A stretch of 64,000 nucleotides of DNA from Podospora anserina (taxonomy: Eukaryota). Numbering within the stretch: position 1 is the stretch's first letter; every line of letters starts with the position of its first letter. Location of the stretch: NCBI GenBank assembly GCA_017654855.1, contig CM030333.1:1364001-1428000 (forward strand). Reading direction: 5' to 3'. Positions 12,342 through 25,810 of the stretch are shown piece after piece. Both the position numbers and the translations under genes were made by a program. The notes beneath the pieces are model-generated. The model was not told where the DNA came from. It worked only from the letters and a program-made list of their open reading frames with translations, and did not search any database.

Positions 12342-15201
12342 GCTTCTCTTGTTTTGATCCTCAGCGCCCCTTTTCCAAATTCACAGAAATTGATTGCCGC
12401 GCGGGTTTGGCGACAGGCGCGCTTTGCATAGGCTGGATTGGAGTCGGACGAGAGGCGGGTGTGGTGAGAGGTGAAGTCGGAAGAGTCGGTCGCAGGACAA
12501 AGAACGCGCGATTGTTGCGGGATAGCGATGAAATGCGGGGGAAACAGTTTTCGCAAAAAGTGAATAGTCGCATAGACAGCTTTTGTGGGGCGAGCGATGG
12601 TATTGTTGTGCTGCTGTGGGAGAAGTCGCGATCTCGTCTCTTTGCTTGTCTTGGGGAACAACAATCGCAAGGAGCGGCGGGGCGACTGGGCAACGGGAGC
12701 TCTCTTAATAGGAGACAACAGCGGGTCCTCGTGTCCGATAGACTCGAATAAGTGGCAGCGCTACAACCACAATCTCGCAAACTCTAAAGTCGACAGACAA
12801 TCCTCTGCAAAGGTAGGGCTACCGGAATAATGCTAGGCATTCGTCAGGCCGTGAGGTTGGGAGGGATGGCGTCGACAGCTCGAGGTGTGTGTGGTGATGG
12901 AAGTTGGCGAAGCACAGAAGGCCAACCCTCTGAAGGCAGAGACGGAAGCCCTCTGAAGCGGGAGAGCGCGGGCAACAGGCGACGGGCGACAGTCGCGCTA
13001 AGCCGTTGATTAGCCGATTCCAAACAAGCGAGACCCTTGCTCGAATGCTCGAGGGGCACGGACCATCCAAACACAGCAGTGACCTCGCTGGGCTGCCTGT
13101 GGCTGTCTCTACGCTGTGAAACTTGGCGGCGCCTAAAACAACATCTCCAGCTTCCTCTCCTCCCTGGAATTGCCAGCCGACGCCAGGAATGCATACAGCT
13201 CACCCAAATCTTTACCGTTTCCACATGGCCATTCACGTGCTTTCCTCTAAAAACAAGCCCCAGCCCTTGATTCCCCATTGTCTCCCCGTCCCTATAGAAC
13301 TTTTGGAAGCTCTCGTCTGGCATGTTGTCCCATGATGTAGGTAGACCCCACACTCAGCTACTAGGTCCTATTCATATCCTTCACATAGTCCGTGGAGGTT
13401 GGGATAGCAGTGGATGGCTATTAGTATCAACCTGGTCTGGTTTAGCAAGGTATGATTGTATGCTATCGTCAACGCAGCAGCACAACCCCTCATCTCGACC
13501 TCACACTCAACGGGTCCGAGTGCCCCTCTGTGAGCGCACACTCAAATGATACCAACCCCTCCCTATAATCTTTGCGATGGTGGAGTGGGGCACTGGAGAT
13601 GAGGTCTTCTGACGGTAAACACGGAGAGGGGAGGTACGGTGAGAGAAAATATTGTTGAGTCTTTCGCGATGACTGTTTTGCGTTTCTCTCTCGATTGGGC
13701 ATGTTGTTGTTGTTGTTTCTGCCCAGCTTTCACGATGGGGGGAATCCTCCGACTGAGTGGCTGAGGCCGTTCGCGGGAGGGGTGGGCCGGCCACTCACAA
13801 CCCCGCCTCCAAGCTTGGCCGACGTTGGACGTGTCGTGGACGGGCATCCGCGCGTCTGGTTCGTGTCGTGCTCATTAAACCCCTGCATCCATCTTGTTAT
13901 CAAACCGTCAACACCATCGAGTGGATCGTCGTAAAGGGAGGTCGCAGACGGGCCAGGAGGGAGGTATGAACCGTTTGGTGTTCTGTTTGTTTCCAGTCGA
14001 GTGGGGCTAGGTATACTCTGGATGTTGTGCAGCCACTAAAACGGGAGTGTTCACATGTTATACAGTGAGACTGGACCTGATCAACGTCGCAGCATAGGCT
14101 TATACTTACTCTGTACCTTCTGCCGCTTGCTGCCAGGTCCCATGGGCCCAGAGGATTCCGAGTCATCATCGTACATATAGAGATCCCGAAAAGAGGTTCT
14201 GTTGGCTGATGGGAGATGCAGCCCCTCCAGCGTTTCCATCGGTCAATTCCATCTGCCGAGCAAGCGCTCTCGACGTTTGTACCCGCATCCATGTTCCCAG
14301 CCGTTGAACCTTATTTCGCTAGTGCCTGTCAAACAGTTAGAATCGAGTCATTGGCTTTCGTTCTTGCCTCTTTTTCGCAACAACAGAGAGAAGGGGCGTT
14401 CGTTCCGTTATGCAGGCAGATACATCTATCAGCCTGAGGTAGGTGGTTCAGCGGGAAGGAGCACTGAGCATGGAATATTGGTCGTAATGAAACTGCCTGA
14501 CTTTGCGCAACTGGCGATTTCCCTTCACGTGCGAGGCTGTGCCCAGCGAAGCCAATTCATTCTCATGTCGAGAGCATGTAGGTTTGAACTAACCAACGTC
14601 AGTAAATTGAAATCGTCGACATGAAACGGCAGCTATATGCTGCTACGCTCTCTAGCCTGTGTGTGCCTTCAATAGCGATCGAGAGTTTAAGATTTTGATT
14701 AAAGACCAGTTCCAGCCGGTTGCCTTTACCATGTGGCTCTGGCCCGGTTCGGCGGGCTTTACCATCTGGGCGGATTCAACGGTTGTTCTAAGAGTTTCAT
14801 TACGAACAGCCCGACTGCCGACAGGACAGGGGACAGCATCTCGGAAGTCTCTCTCTCGCGATGTGCCGGAAATTCCACCCAGAAGCTCCTCTCGATTCTT
14901 GACCACCTCGCGAGAATATACGGGCCCATTTCCGATGGCACCCGCCATCTCCAGGAAACAAACTTGGGCGCTTCCTTCTTTCCAGACACAACAATGATTC
15001 TCCAGACTTTGTGGGCAACCTGGAAGGTTCAGTCCCATTCCCAGTAGGCTGAGGGGCCTAAACAGGTAAACATCCACACTCCTTATTTCGGTTTCTCTTC
15101 CATAATGTGGTTCCTAACCTGGCACAACCAGTCAAGAATGGGAGGCGGATTCAGGGCACATCGTATCTCCCCAGTCTCATGTGTTTTCCTTGACACAAAC
15201 A

Positions 15202-16073
15202 GACTCCTCGAAAACTGCCGCTTTCTCCAAGGGCCGAAAACAAACCCTGCCAGTATCGACAGGATTCGTGACAAGCTAGCAGCGGGCAAGGAGCATCACG
15301 AAACCATTCTCAACTACAGACGGAGACGGCTTCCCGTTCATGAACCTCCTCATGTGCGCCCCGTTGCTCGACAGCCAAGGGGTAACGCGGTACAGGATTG
15401 GCGCCCAGATTCTGACAACAGCCCAGAAACCAACCCTTTTTCACCCCAGCTTGCCCTCCGTCACCTCGCCGAGGTGTTGACCGCCCCAGAAATCGAAATT
15501 GTCCGCAACCACGGCGGCGGCCGTCACTCCCCCGCCCACGAGGACGAAACATCCAACTGGGCCAAACCCGACGACAACCCCATCCCCCGACCCCTCTTCC
15601 AATCCCCCCTCTCAGCCGACATGGAAGAGCTGTCTGACCTGTCGGGGGGTAAGCTAACGGGGATCTACTCCAACTGCCTCCTCCTCCGCCCCTACCCCTC
15701 CCTCCGCACTCTTTTCGCGTCACCTTCCCTCCGTCTCCCAGGGATCCTCCAAACACCTGTTCTCTCTTGCATTGGCGGGTCTGACAGGGTAAGGCAGGAG
15801 TTGGAGCAAGGGTTTAAGGAGGGGGGGGTTGTTGTCACGGCAAAGGTGAGGTGGTTGACGAGGTCAGCGGAGGGGAGGACGAGGTGGGTACATTGTACGC
15901 CGCTGGTGGGGAGTAATGGGAGGGTGGGGGTTTGGATGGTGGTTCTTGTGGATGATCAGGAGATGGGGGTTGGGGATAGGGAAGGGAGGGGGAGGGTGGC
16001 GCCGGTGGTTGAGCCGGGGTTTTTGAGGGGGATGACAACAAGAGGTGAGAGGGGGGCGGGAGGGGGGGTATGA
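15202..16073 (+). pseudogene. Decayed LOV/PAS photoreceptor (C-terminal region resembles fungal RGS-LOV/phototropin-like proteins)
   Basis: NCRFLQGP LOV motif. The second half of the LOV domain (DGFPFMNLLMCAPLLDSQGVTRYRIGAQI) lies in the +1 frame at 15325-15411. The conserved downstream domain (RPYPSLR.LFASPSLR.PGILQ...TAKVRW...RWVHCTPLVGSNG.VGVWMVVLVD) is back in the first frame. No N-terminal half of the LOV domain was found. Confidence 0.75.
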
Positions 16074-16715
16074 TGCGATTAGTTTGGCGAGTTTGAGTCA
16101 TTTGGATTTGAGCTTGCCGCCTGGTCATCATGGGGAGAATGGGGGGGTATCACGGGGAGTTGAGATGGGTGGGGCTGAGGGGTGTCGTTGTCATGATGGG
16201 GCTGTCCTGTTTTGTAGGAGGTGGGGGGTTGAGTCAGTCTCTTTGGGGCTTGGGATGAAATGATATCAATGTGTTCAAGGTAGGATTTGAATTTAACTGA
16301 GAAAAACATCTTTGTCAATGAGGTTCTGAAACGGTATATGCGTTTACAAAAGGATAGTGTAGCAGTGTATGCACAGTTGGTGATTGGTCCAGATATTTTT
16401 CAGTAAGACAAGTGAGCAGTGGTTAGGTGTTTACCAAACGACCGACATTCAAGGGTTTATTTCATATCCAATCATGTCAGGCAAGATCTAACAACCCTAC
16501 CCCCAGCCATATAATCTGCAGACAATCATGTGTGTGTAATGATTTGTATATTCTCTCCCCATCACATGTTAAAAAACCATTCGAACTCCCCAGTCCAGCT
16601 AGAAAGCCCAACCCATCCCATTCTTGACCCAATTCCATAACCTGGCCTTGAACGCCCTACCAACCTTGTCCAACCATTTACCCTTTACAAAAGAAATTTC
16701 ATGATGAGAGAAAAA

Positions 16716-17840
16716 CTACCAAATATCACTCCCCCTCCCAATCTCAATCTCGGCATAATGTCTATTCCCCCTTTGCTGCTGTGCCGGCTGCTGTGCCGGC
16801 TGAGACGATGATCCGCCCGAGAAGCGTTTTCTTCTGCTCTTCTTCCCCTGTTCGTGTGGTGGTAACCCCCCCGAGCTGGGCTGCGATCCTCCCCCTGAAC
16901 CAGACAACGACCTCTCCCTAAAAGTCCGTTTTTCTTGGTGGTGGTAGTGGTGATGCTGGTGGTAATACTGGATGTCGCTCTCCTCGTAACTTTCCATTTC
17001 TTTGGGGTGGATATTGTCGTCTTCACCTGATGAGGAATCATCGTCGTAGATTTGATCGTGGGGGTTGCGGATCCTCTTGGGTTTGGGGTGTTTTTGCGGG
17101 GGAGAGGGGAGGTTAGGAGGGGGTTGGTAGTGGGAGGGAAATGCCAAGGGGCCGGAGATGGTGGCGTTTTGTTTTCCGGGGAGGGGGTTGGAGTTGGAGG
17201 TGGAGAGGAGCAGTTTGGGGGGTTGTTTACGGGTTGACGGCAAGGAGGGGGAGGTGGTGTTGAGGTTTAAAGGGGAGGGGCGTTGGGATCGGGGGGTTGG
17301 GTTTTCGGGTTCTTTGGGGAAGGTGAAATGGGGAAGGGGTTCTTGTTGAGGAGGGTTGGACGGTGGTGTTGGTTGGGGAGAAGAATTGCTTGATACTGGC
17401 ATGCCGCGGACCATAGCCCTAGGGATGTAGGCTGGGTGAGTGGGCATTGCGCTGCCGGGTCCGGAGCTGGAGTTGGTGCTTAACGGGGAGAAAGGGTAGG
17501 CGGCCTTTTCGGGGGAGTAGCTGTGAGAGCTGCTGGCTTTGTGATGTTGGTGTTGTTGTTGTTTTTGTTGTTGTTGTTGTTGGGGGCTGTGGATTTTGTA
17601 GTCGAGTGTATATGACACCGCGGGGATGGCACCACCGCGGGAGACATCCTCATCGGAGTCGGTTCGGTAGAGGTCGTCTTCTCGGTCATATTGGCGGTTT
17701 CGTCTCCAGTAGAGAATGAAGAGGCCGGCCGCGCCGATAAAGATGGCTCCGGATCCGCAGGCGATTCCTGCTATGGCTCCAGGAGTGAGGCTGGTACTGG
17801 GCTCGGCGTCCCGTTGCCGGATATGGGACGCCATATTCAT
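16716..17840 (-). CDS. Single-pass membrane protein with very short ectodomain and Pro/Ser/Gln-rich tail
   Basis: ATG at 17840; TM segment LTPGAIAGIACGSGAIFIGAAGLFILYW followed by RRNR. Upstream exons cannot be excluded. Confidence 0.75.
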   Translation of the reverse strand: MNMASHIRQRDAEPSTSLTPGAIAGIACGSGAIFIGAAGLFILYWRRNRQYDREDDLYRTDSDEDVSRGGAIPAVSYTLDYKIHSPQQQQQQKQQQHQHHKASSSHSYSPEKAAYPFSPLSTNSSSGPGSAMPTHPAYIPRAMVRGMPVSSNSSPQPTPPSNPPQQEPLPHFTFPKEPENPTPRSQRPSPLNLNTTSPSLPSTRKQPPKLLLSTSNSNPLPGKQNATISGPLAFPSHYQPPPNLPSPPQKHPKPKRIRNPHDQIYDDDSSSGEDDNIHPKEMESYEESDIQYYHQHHHYHHQEKRTFRERSLSGSGGGSQPSSGGLPPHEQGKKSRRKRFSGGSSSQPAQQPAQQQRGNRHYAEIEIGRGSDIW

Positions 17841-20800
17841 AGAATAAACTGCTCGTGACCAAGCAGCCTGTTCTATTCGTAGAGGCAACTAACTCAACTC
17901 TCCTTCACCCGGCAGTCCCAAAATAGAGGACATAGGATCGGGGATATATCAGGCGTGAATCCTGCAAGAGAGAGGAAGAAAGCAAGGCTTGAAAAGAAAA
18001 GCAGCCACTGGGCTGGACATGGTTAGTATACCTCACTTGAGATGGTGGGGGAGATGGCCAATACAGATTACCTAGCCCTGCTCATGCAGTTGGTCTTTGC
18101 TCGCCACCGATTGTAGGCCTGGTCGGTAGCACAGTACAATTACTTGACAGTGAGTAAACACCAGAAAGTAGCACCGTCCAACTTACACGCAGGCGACTGG
18201 CCATCCACAGACCTTACAGCGGTTCCATCACTCAACATGAGCCAGAGAGAAGCTCGCTGAACATGCCATCTCTGACCTTGTTCCTCATCCTGAATTGCTC
18301 ACCTTTTCCTTGGATTGTACCCAGATGAGACCTCACACTCGACGCACTGGGTCGTTGGCAGCCTCGAGGACCTCGCTCGGAAAGCTGTGTCGTCCGTCTA
18401 TCGGGCTTGGGGGCCAGGGCGACGACCCAATCACGACAAGCACAGGGAGGAGGAAACCGACAGGCAGTGTGGGAGGGTCGATGCAACCACCGACTGGCCA
18501 ATGGCGCCACGGTCAGATTTGTTTCACGGGCGCGTAAAACTGCTGACGGATAGTCCCGGACAATGCTGAATGGCCAGACAAGCGAAACATTTCTTGTCGT
18601 CCTGCGAGGATCTACCGGTGTTTTTCCCCAGGCTCGAAGAAGAGGGAGGGTAGCCGTCGGACCTGGCAGTCCAATGACAGCCAGTGGAAGCCAGAGCTGG
18701 GGAGAGAGGGCGAGGTTGACCAACCGGGAGAGATAGTTGAGTGGTACTGGGAAACAAGCTTCCAAACTGTTGAGCTGGTCTTCTCCCGCGGAAAATCATC
18801 CCATGTTGTTGGACTCGTTGAACGGCCGAGAAGAGCTAGGAAGAGGAGCAAGAGAGCTAGCAACGGGAGGCATCGCTTGGCTTTGCCCAAGACAAAGCTT
18901 GGCAGGTGTGTACACCCCCGGTGATCACCAACCTTATCGTACGCTAGGCTTTTTCCAATCTTTTTCCAACCAGGGGCATATTTTGATGCAGGACATTCAC
19001 CCACCCACTCACAAGACCCGAAGCAAACAACATCAGGACCAACAGCATAAAGCAATATAGTACTCATTCCCAGCGACGTGGGTTGAATATGGCCAGTCCC
19101 TACCAGGATTCTCCGCATGACAAAATGAAAATGGAGGGGCAGGTGGTGTCGACTGGAGTGTGATGATCGCTTCGCCCAGCAGCAGAGAGGTGGCCCTCCG
19201 GCGCTTGGAACCGCCGTGCCGGGTCCGCGCAGTTCTCCCGACGGGGGAGGATTGCCGAAACCGTTCAGAGGCGCACCCGTCCTGGAAGAGAGGGCCACCA
19301 CCACGAGAACGCCATGCGGCCGCCGTCGGTCTTGTCGAGAACATTAACGACACACCGAATGTTGAAAAGATCACCTGGCAGACTCACAACTGTTGAAGGT
19401 TGCCACTTGGCTAGATGATAGCCGCTAGAAGGGAAGCTGACTGACCATGATTTTGGAGGAGCAATTCTTCTCCCGTAGGTCTAGAACCTGAAGCTGCCAC
19501 TGATCATCATGCCAGATTCCAAGCCACCACTCTGAAAGGACCCTTGCAGCTGCACTCAGAGGTGTCAACACCGTGTGCGACGCCATCCAAGACCTGACTT
19601 TCTCTTCTCTGCCGAAGGAGAAAAGGGGATCAGCAGGTTTCCTGGCGGGGGATTCTATCTGCCACAGACTGAGGAGCGCAGACTGAGTCAGTGATACTGC
19701 GCATCCGGACCTAAAGCAAATTGCTGCTGTGTTTCCTGCAGTGCAGTCAGCCTCCCAGCAATTTCGAGCATCTACTCCTATTGATGGCCGTTTGCTGTTC
19801 AGAAATGATCACCAGGTCTGTTGACTGCGGTCCTTATACGACTACAGATGGCAGCAAACTTGGTATGTGAACGCAAACAGTGCCATGACAGCCACGTCAA
19901 GCCACAAACAGGTTATTTTCTCCGTTTGTAATGCGGTCTGGAGCCTTGCCGGTGAGGAGAAGTGCCAGGCGTACGTAATCTGGAGATATAAACATCGTGA
20001 TACGCCGCCCGGCAACCAGAAGTTTCGCGAATGTCAAAGTTTCCAGCTGACCGGTCACAACGACACCGATTGTTAACAAGATTACACAGCCATTGTCGTC
20101 CTACTGACTCTGAACAGGATCACGATCACAGCAATATCAATCAGACTTGGCGAGACGAACTATCATCTACCAGGCTAGGATTCGAGAGCAAACATTTTGA
20201 CAATGAAGGCATAAGCCTTGTACACAGCAGACGGCTTGAAGCCTCGCCACGAGTCTCTACCCAAAACGCGGGTAGCCACGAGCTGATCAACACCCTGACT
20301 TGGATCGAGACAGCCGAATCAAGAATCTACAGTATACCATTTGGTCTCACCGCTGGGATTACGTGTATTTTGAAAAGCGGGCCAGATAGGCTTGGACACG
20401 GTTACAGACAGTCAGGAGAAATAAGACAAGACAATGAATCAGATCTTGTACCATGGGAGAACTGGCATACTTCTCCACTGTCTTGGATGGAAGGCCTATA
20501 TCGTCACTATTTTGCCACACTCAATATCACATCATCGAGGACACAGAGCGGCAGAGGCAACCAACAAAGGGGTTCCTGTTCTTGGACAGCACGCGAGACA
20601 TTCCAACGGTTCTACGTCTGACCAGGCCCATGAGAAAAGTCAGCCGAGCTTCAACAATCACACTACATGATGCAAGGATGCGATCCAAACTAAAGGCAGT
20701 GTGCCTGTTTGCTCCACCAGGGCCGTTACATCCGTTGTCGACACGAGAATATCTCCGGCGCTGAGGAAGACTATGACGGCCTCAACGTGGTAAATCAGTC

Positions 20801-20907
20801 TCTTCTGTCGTCGACGATGGGTATAAAATGCCCGTTGCTAACATGTCTCCCACAGTAAATCAACACCGCACTCAGATCACCAACAAGAAAAGCAACACCA
20901 CAGCACC

Positions 20908-22091
20908 ATGCGTCACAGCAAAGCTTTCCTTCCCCTCTCTCTAGCCTCCCTAGGAGCAGCAGAGATAGTCGGCCAGTGGACAGCCTGGTCCCTCGCCCGC
21001 ACCTGTACCCCTGAAGGCAGCTCCTGCACCTACCACCTCGTCCTCGTCCCAGGTCCGGAATCCGATTTCATCACCTGCAACTGGACCGTCGACTCTACCA
21101 GTAACTTCAAACCCGCGTACCAAACCGACTTTGCCGAAGCAAAATGCGGAGACAACCTTTCCCTAAACGGGGGCTGGAGCAACATGGGGTTCATCACCAT
21201 CGTGCCCACCGACAAAGCAGCCAACGTCTACGCCTTCTTCGGCTTCACCGACGCCGAGCTCGCAGACGGGCAGGTTGCGTCATCAAGACAAAGACCTGCC
21301 TACCGAGTCGGCACTTTTGGCGAGAAGGAGCACCCTGACCTGGGGCTGGGTATGTCGAAAAAGATGGTGAGGAGACTAAGCCGTGGTGTTGTCCAGCAGC
21401 ACGGCGGCTCCTTGTCATCATCCAAACCGACAAAGGAAAAGAGGCGGGATATAACCATGAGTGATCAACTGCGAAAGCACATCTCGGTGACGTATGCCTC
21501 CAGCCAGCAGCAACAATCCTCTTCCGAGATCGACACCTGCAGCCAAAACTGCCAGCCTAGCGGGGATGACTACGACGCTCTTGCGTGTGTCGAGACTTGT
21601 CGTCAGCAGCTTCACGGGCCAAAGATCAACAAAGGCCAGGAGAGACACCGCCTCGGCACCCGTAACGACAACCCAGAAACATGGCAAATCCATTCCCTCA
21701 CCCGCCGTAAACCCTCCCACCCCCAAGTTTCCTCCCCCTAAGCTAACCCTGTTGCTTGTTCGCAGTAACCAACCACCTCCTCAACCGAACCCTGTTCACC
21801 TTCTCCCTTTACTCCAGCACCACCCTCCAGCTAGCAAACTGCAGCATCTCAATCCCGTCCGTAGAGCCAACCCACAGCTGGTACGGACAGCGCTGTGACA
21901 AGGATGGGAAGTTCAGTGTTGGGTGGGGATACAAAGCAGATACAGACTCGGCCGTGATGACGGTTTGCGAGAGGGGACGGGGGATGGCTTGGTTCGGGTG
22001 GGATGGTGTTGCTGAGAGGGACCTAGACCTGGTGGAGGTCAGGTTTGGGGATTCGAGGGGGGAGGTGGTGCATGAGACGGTTTGTACTTGA
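20908..22091 (+). CDS. Secreted Cys-containing protein with two related domains; intron 21707-21765
   Basis: Signal peptide MRHSKAFLPLSLASLGAA and TATAAAA at ~20822. Intron GTAAAC...CTAAC...CAG joins the 20908 and 21756 ORFs. Both halves show a W-x3-L-x-R...C...C...GW...A(F/W)FG(F/W) pattern. Confidence 0.8.
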
Positions 22092-22449
22092 TTTTTTTGG
22101 GGGGGGGGGAATGGCTTTGGGGGAAGGGGGTGGTAATGTCTTCGCTGGGGGGGTTTGTCGGGGCTGGGAATAATGATAATTAGTTGCCTTGAGATATTGT
22201 TTTAGCAAACAACACACTTGCTTGTTGACATTTATAAAGTGAAAAGAAGGAGGTTGTTGTTGTTGTCTGCTCAGGTTGTACACCTGTACTTACAAAATTA
22301 CACATCATCCCATTTTGTTCGCCTTCCAAAGTAGGTACATCAAGTGTAATAAAACCACCCACCAAACATGCCCCCCTTGCCGTGCGCCAAATTTTCCACG
22401 CCCCAAAACTCCATGGAACAAATAAATCTCGGGTATCTATCTACCTCCC

Positions 22450-23583
22450 CTACCTACGCTCAAACCTCTTCGGATCCATATTCAACCTACACAACCTCAC
22501 CACACATCCACTCAACTGCAGCAACGTCTGCACCCCCTCCAAAACCTTCATATGCGTAAACCCAATCTCCTTGATAAACTCCAACTTGCTATGCTCGCTC
22601 AACGTCTCGATTGTCTTGGTCACCCTAAACATCGTCGAGATAATATCATGACTGCTGTACCCCAAATCCCACAGCTCCCTCAACGTGTCAAGCGCCGAGT
22701 CCACATTCCCCTCATAACAAGCCTTGAGCATAGCCTGCACTTTGATCGGGTGAGGACTGTCGACAACCTTGAAGACATTGTCCCCCGAGACAAACCCGAA
22801 CCCAGCCCACGTCGACTGCAGGTTGTTGATCGCCTGGCGCATATCCCCTTCCGCACTAAACACCAACGCCGCGAGCCCATCCTCGCTGAACTTGACACCC
22901 TCCGCATCGATGATTTGCAAGAGGCGTTTGACGACTTGCTCGTCTGTTAATTTCGCATAGCGGAGAATGGCGCAGCGCGACTGGAGGGGTTCGATGATTT
23001 TGTTGCTTTGGTTGCAGGCGAAGGCGAACCTCGTCGTATTGCTGTAAATCTCCATCGTCCGTCTCAACGCCTGCTGGGCACCGCTCGTCATGCTATCCGC
23101 TTCGTCCAAGATGACAAGTTTATGTCTCCCTTGCGGGAGGGTCACCTTCTTCTGTGCAAACCCCTTGATACGCTGCCTCACAACATCAATACCTCTCTCG
23201 TCAGAGGCGTTGAGTTCAAGCACGGCTTCTTTGTAGGCGTCCCCGAGGAGTTGGCGGGCTAGACACAAGACGGAGGTGGTCTTGCCAATGCCGGGCATGC
23301 CAGAGATGATTACGTGGGGCATGTTGCCGTCGCGGGCGATGATCTTGAGGCGCTCGATGGTTTCGGTGTTGCCTACTACGTCGTCGAGGAAAACGGGGCG
23401 GTATTTTTCGACCCTGGGGGGTTAGCATGTTAGCCATTTGGAAGAATAGAGAAGGGAGAATTCGGAGACATACCATGGGAGCTCGTAGGTTGGGTTGCCA
23501 CTGGGGTTGGCTGTCTGGGCTTTGTAGGCTGCGGTGGAGGACTCGCCGTTGGCTTCCGGCTTTTTTGTCATTGCGGCTGGCAT
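22450..23583 (-). CDS. RFC4: Replication factor C small subunit (yeast Rfc4 / human RFC2 type); intron 23414-23473
   Basis: [50 protein letters not shown] and SRC motifs. Confidence 0.95.
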
Positions 23584-23751
23584 TTTGGCTGTGGTATTTT
23601 TGTTGGTCTCGACTTGCTGGACTTTCGGTGAGCTCTTGAGTTTTTCGGCAGTTGTGTAGCAGGTGATTTGTGCTGAAAAGTCAAGGGTTGTCGGCGACGT
23701 TCGACTTTTGGAGGTTGAAGCCAGCTGTGGGATCGAATTGCTGATTGGGAG

Positions 23752-23773
23752 ACGCGACGCGTTTGAACCGCGT
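23752..23773 (-). promoter_or_regulatory. MCB element cluster upstream of RFC4
   Basis: ACGCGACGCGT plus CCGCGT about 170 bp upstream of a DNA-replication gene. Confidence 0.6.
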
Positions 23774-23946
23774 TAGCTTAAAGTGGTTTTTCAAGACGCA
23801 GGTAAACCCTAACCCTTGACCCCTTAGTTCACCACCAGGCAGCAACAATGGACAATAGATCTTGGAAGCAGTCACGGTATGTTCATTCTCATTTATTTAC
23901 ATTATATGGTATAGGTCTAGATTTCCAGATGTCTAGGTTCTTGCAT

Positions 23947-25508
23947 TTATGTGCGGTAGTCACCGTTGATGGTGCTATCCAGGTCAGCTGATATCAGTGC
24001 CTGAGAAGACAAGGGAAACTCACATGTACTCATGACTGTAGTCGCAGGTCCAGTAAGTGGCTTGCTTGTCGCCAGTTCCGAGCCTGACCAAAATCTCAAG
24101 ATCCTCGAGCTCCAAAATCTCAGCAGCTCTCGCCTGTAAATTGTTAGTGAGCCCTTCCCAATTCATGAACTCACTCAACTCACCTCATCAACCTGCTCAG
24201 GCTCTCCGTTCACCAACAGCTTGAGCTCAGCAGTGCCATCAGTGGGCACGAACGAGACATTAGTATTCTCAGGGACAATCTCAGGAACATCGTTGATGGG
24301 CTCGCTAGGCTCGGAAATCAGGGAGTAGCCGGTGGCGCACAGAATGCGGCCCCTATCAATGTTTGTCAAGTCTCGTCGTCACATTCCAAACAGACCGAGG
24401 AAACGTACCAGTTTGCGTCCTTGCCATACAAGGCAGTCTTGACAAGTGGCGATCTCGCAATGGTGCTCGCAATCTTCCGAGCAGCCTCCTCGCTAGCGGA
24501 ATCCACCACCTTGATTGTCACAAACTTGGTAGCACCCTCACCATCACGCACAATCAACTGCGCCAACTCTGTAGAGAACTTGGTGAGAACCTCACGGAAG
24601 GCCTCATAATCAGGTGTGCCCTCCACTACCTCCTTTCCTCCAGCCATACCGTTGGCCAACAGCGCAACAGTGTCGTTGGTCGACGTGTCACCGTCAATGG
24701 TGATGCTGTTGAAGGAACGGTCGACGGCGTGCTTGAGAACCGATGGAAGAGCCGACGACGAGATAGGGGCATCCGTGGCAATAACACCCAAAAGGGTGGC
24801 CATGTTGGGGTGAATCATGCCCGCTCCCTTGGTGGTACCCGCTATCCTATACTCCACGCCTGGCGAGGAGGGCAAAGTAAAAGTGCGGGAGATGAGCTTG
24901 GGGAAGGTATCAGTGGTGCAGATGGCCTTGGCCATGGTGAGCCAGTGCTCGTGGGACCCGCCCAAAGCACTGTGGGCCTTTGGCACGTTGTTGATGATCT
25001 TGTCGATGGGCAGCCTCTGTCCGATGACACCAGTGCTCATGACAATGATGCTATCACTCTGACCGAGGCACTTGTCAGCCGCCTGAGCCATCTTGGCGGC
25101 ATCCTCCAAACCACCCTTTCCAGTGACGGCATTGGCGCATCCCGAGTTGATGACCACCCCCTGGATGCCCTTATTTCCCTTCTTTTGCAACAGAGCACGG
25201 CTGAAAGTGACGGGGGCGGCCTGAAACTTGTTCTTGGTGAAGACGGCGGCGGCAGCACATGGTACTTCGGATGTCAAGAGAGCGAGATCTGGTTTTGTTG
25301 TGTTGCTGGGCTTAACTCCAACGATGGTGCCTGACACCTGGAAGCCGAGGGGGTATGTGCCTGAGGTTGGGATGTACTTCTTCTTGGCCGCGGGGATGGA
25401 GCTGGACGGGGCAGAATAAGCTCGGGATGGGATGTGAGAAAAGGACCGAACCAATTGAGCTTTAGGTTGCCTCAATTGGCTCAACGCACATCGACTGAAG
25501 CCCACCAT
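23947..25508 (-). CDS. ARG7: Ornithine acetyltransferase / arginine biosynthesis bifunctional protein ArgJ, mitochondrial; introns 24353-24408, 24134-24183, 23975-24023
   Basis: Mitochondrial-type leader [27 protein letters not shown], autocleavage motif [34 protein letters not shown] and C-terminal [18 protein letters not shown]. Confidence 0.95.
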
Positions 25509-25810
25509 GACTGTTTCCGGTTTCAAAATGAAGGGGTACGGAGGGGGGATGTGAAGAGCCGGGCACCTGTGGTCGATGGGGTTGCGTGAGATCTTATCAA
25601 AGCAGTGAGAGCCCACCGCCGAGGTTTGGAAAATATCTAGGGCGGCGGTACCGGAGCTGGGTCCAGACAGCACAACAAGATGGAATTACCGCAAGAACGA
25701 TGATGCCAGTCTCTAGTATAACACCAGAAACATAAGATAGTTGAGAAAAACAATGAGATACTCTGAGTTTTGGACAGCAGCCATGAAAATCTCTTATACC
25801 ACCCCTCAAT

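Noticed and set aside
17900..20800. Several 100-230-aa ORFs (e.g. 18612-19304, 20031-20621)
   Set aside because: No recognisable domains, mostly non-ATG starts and no consistent splice model; a decayed gene cannot be excluded.
24363..25334. 323-aa plus-strand ORF
   Set aside because: Antisense shadow of ARG7.
25509..25673. N-terminal extension of the ARG7 ORF in the track
   Set aside because: Non-ATG start; the ATG at 25508 gives a typical mitochondrial targeting peptide.
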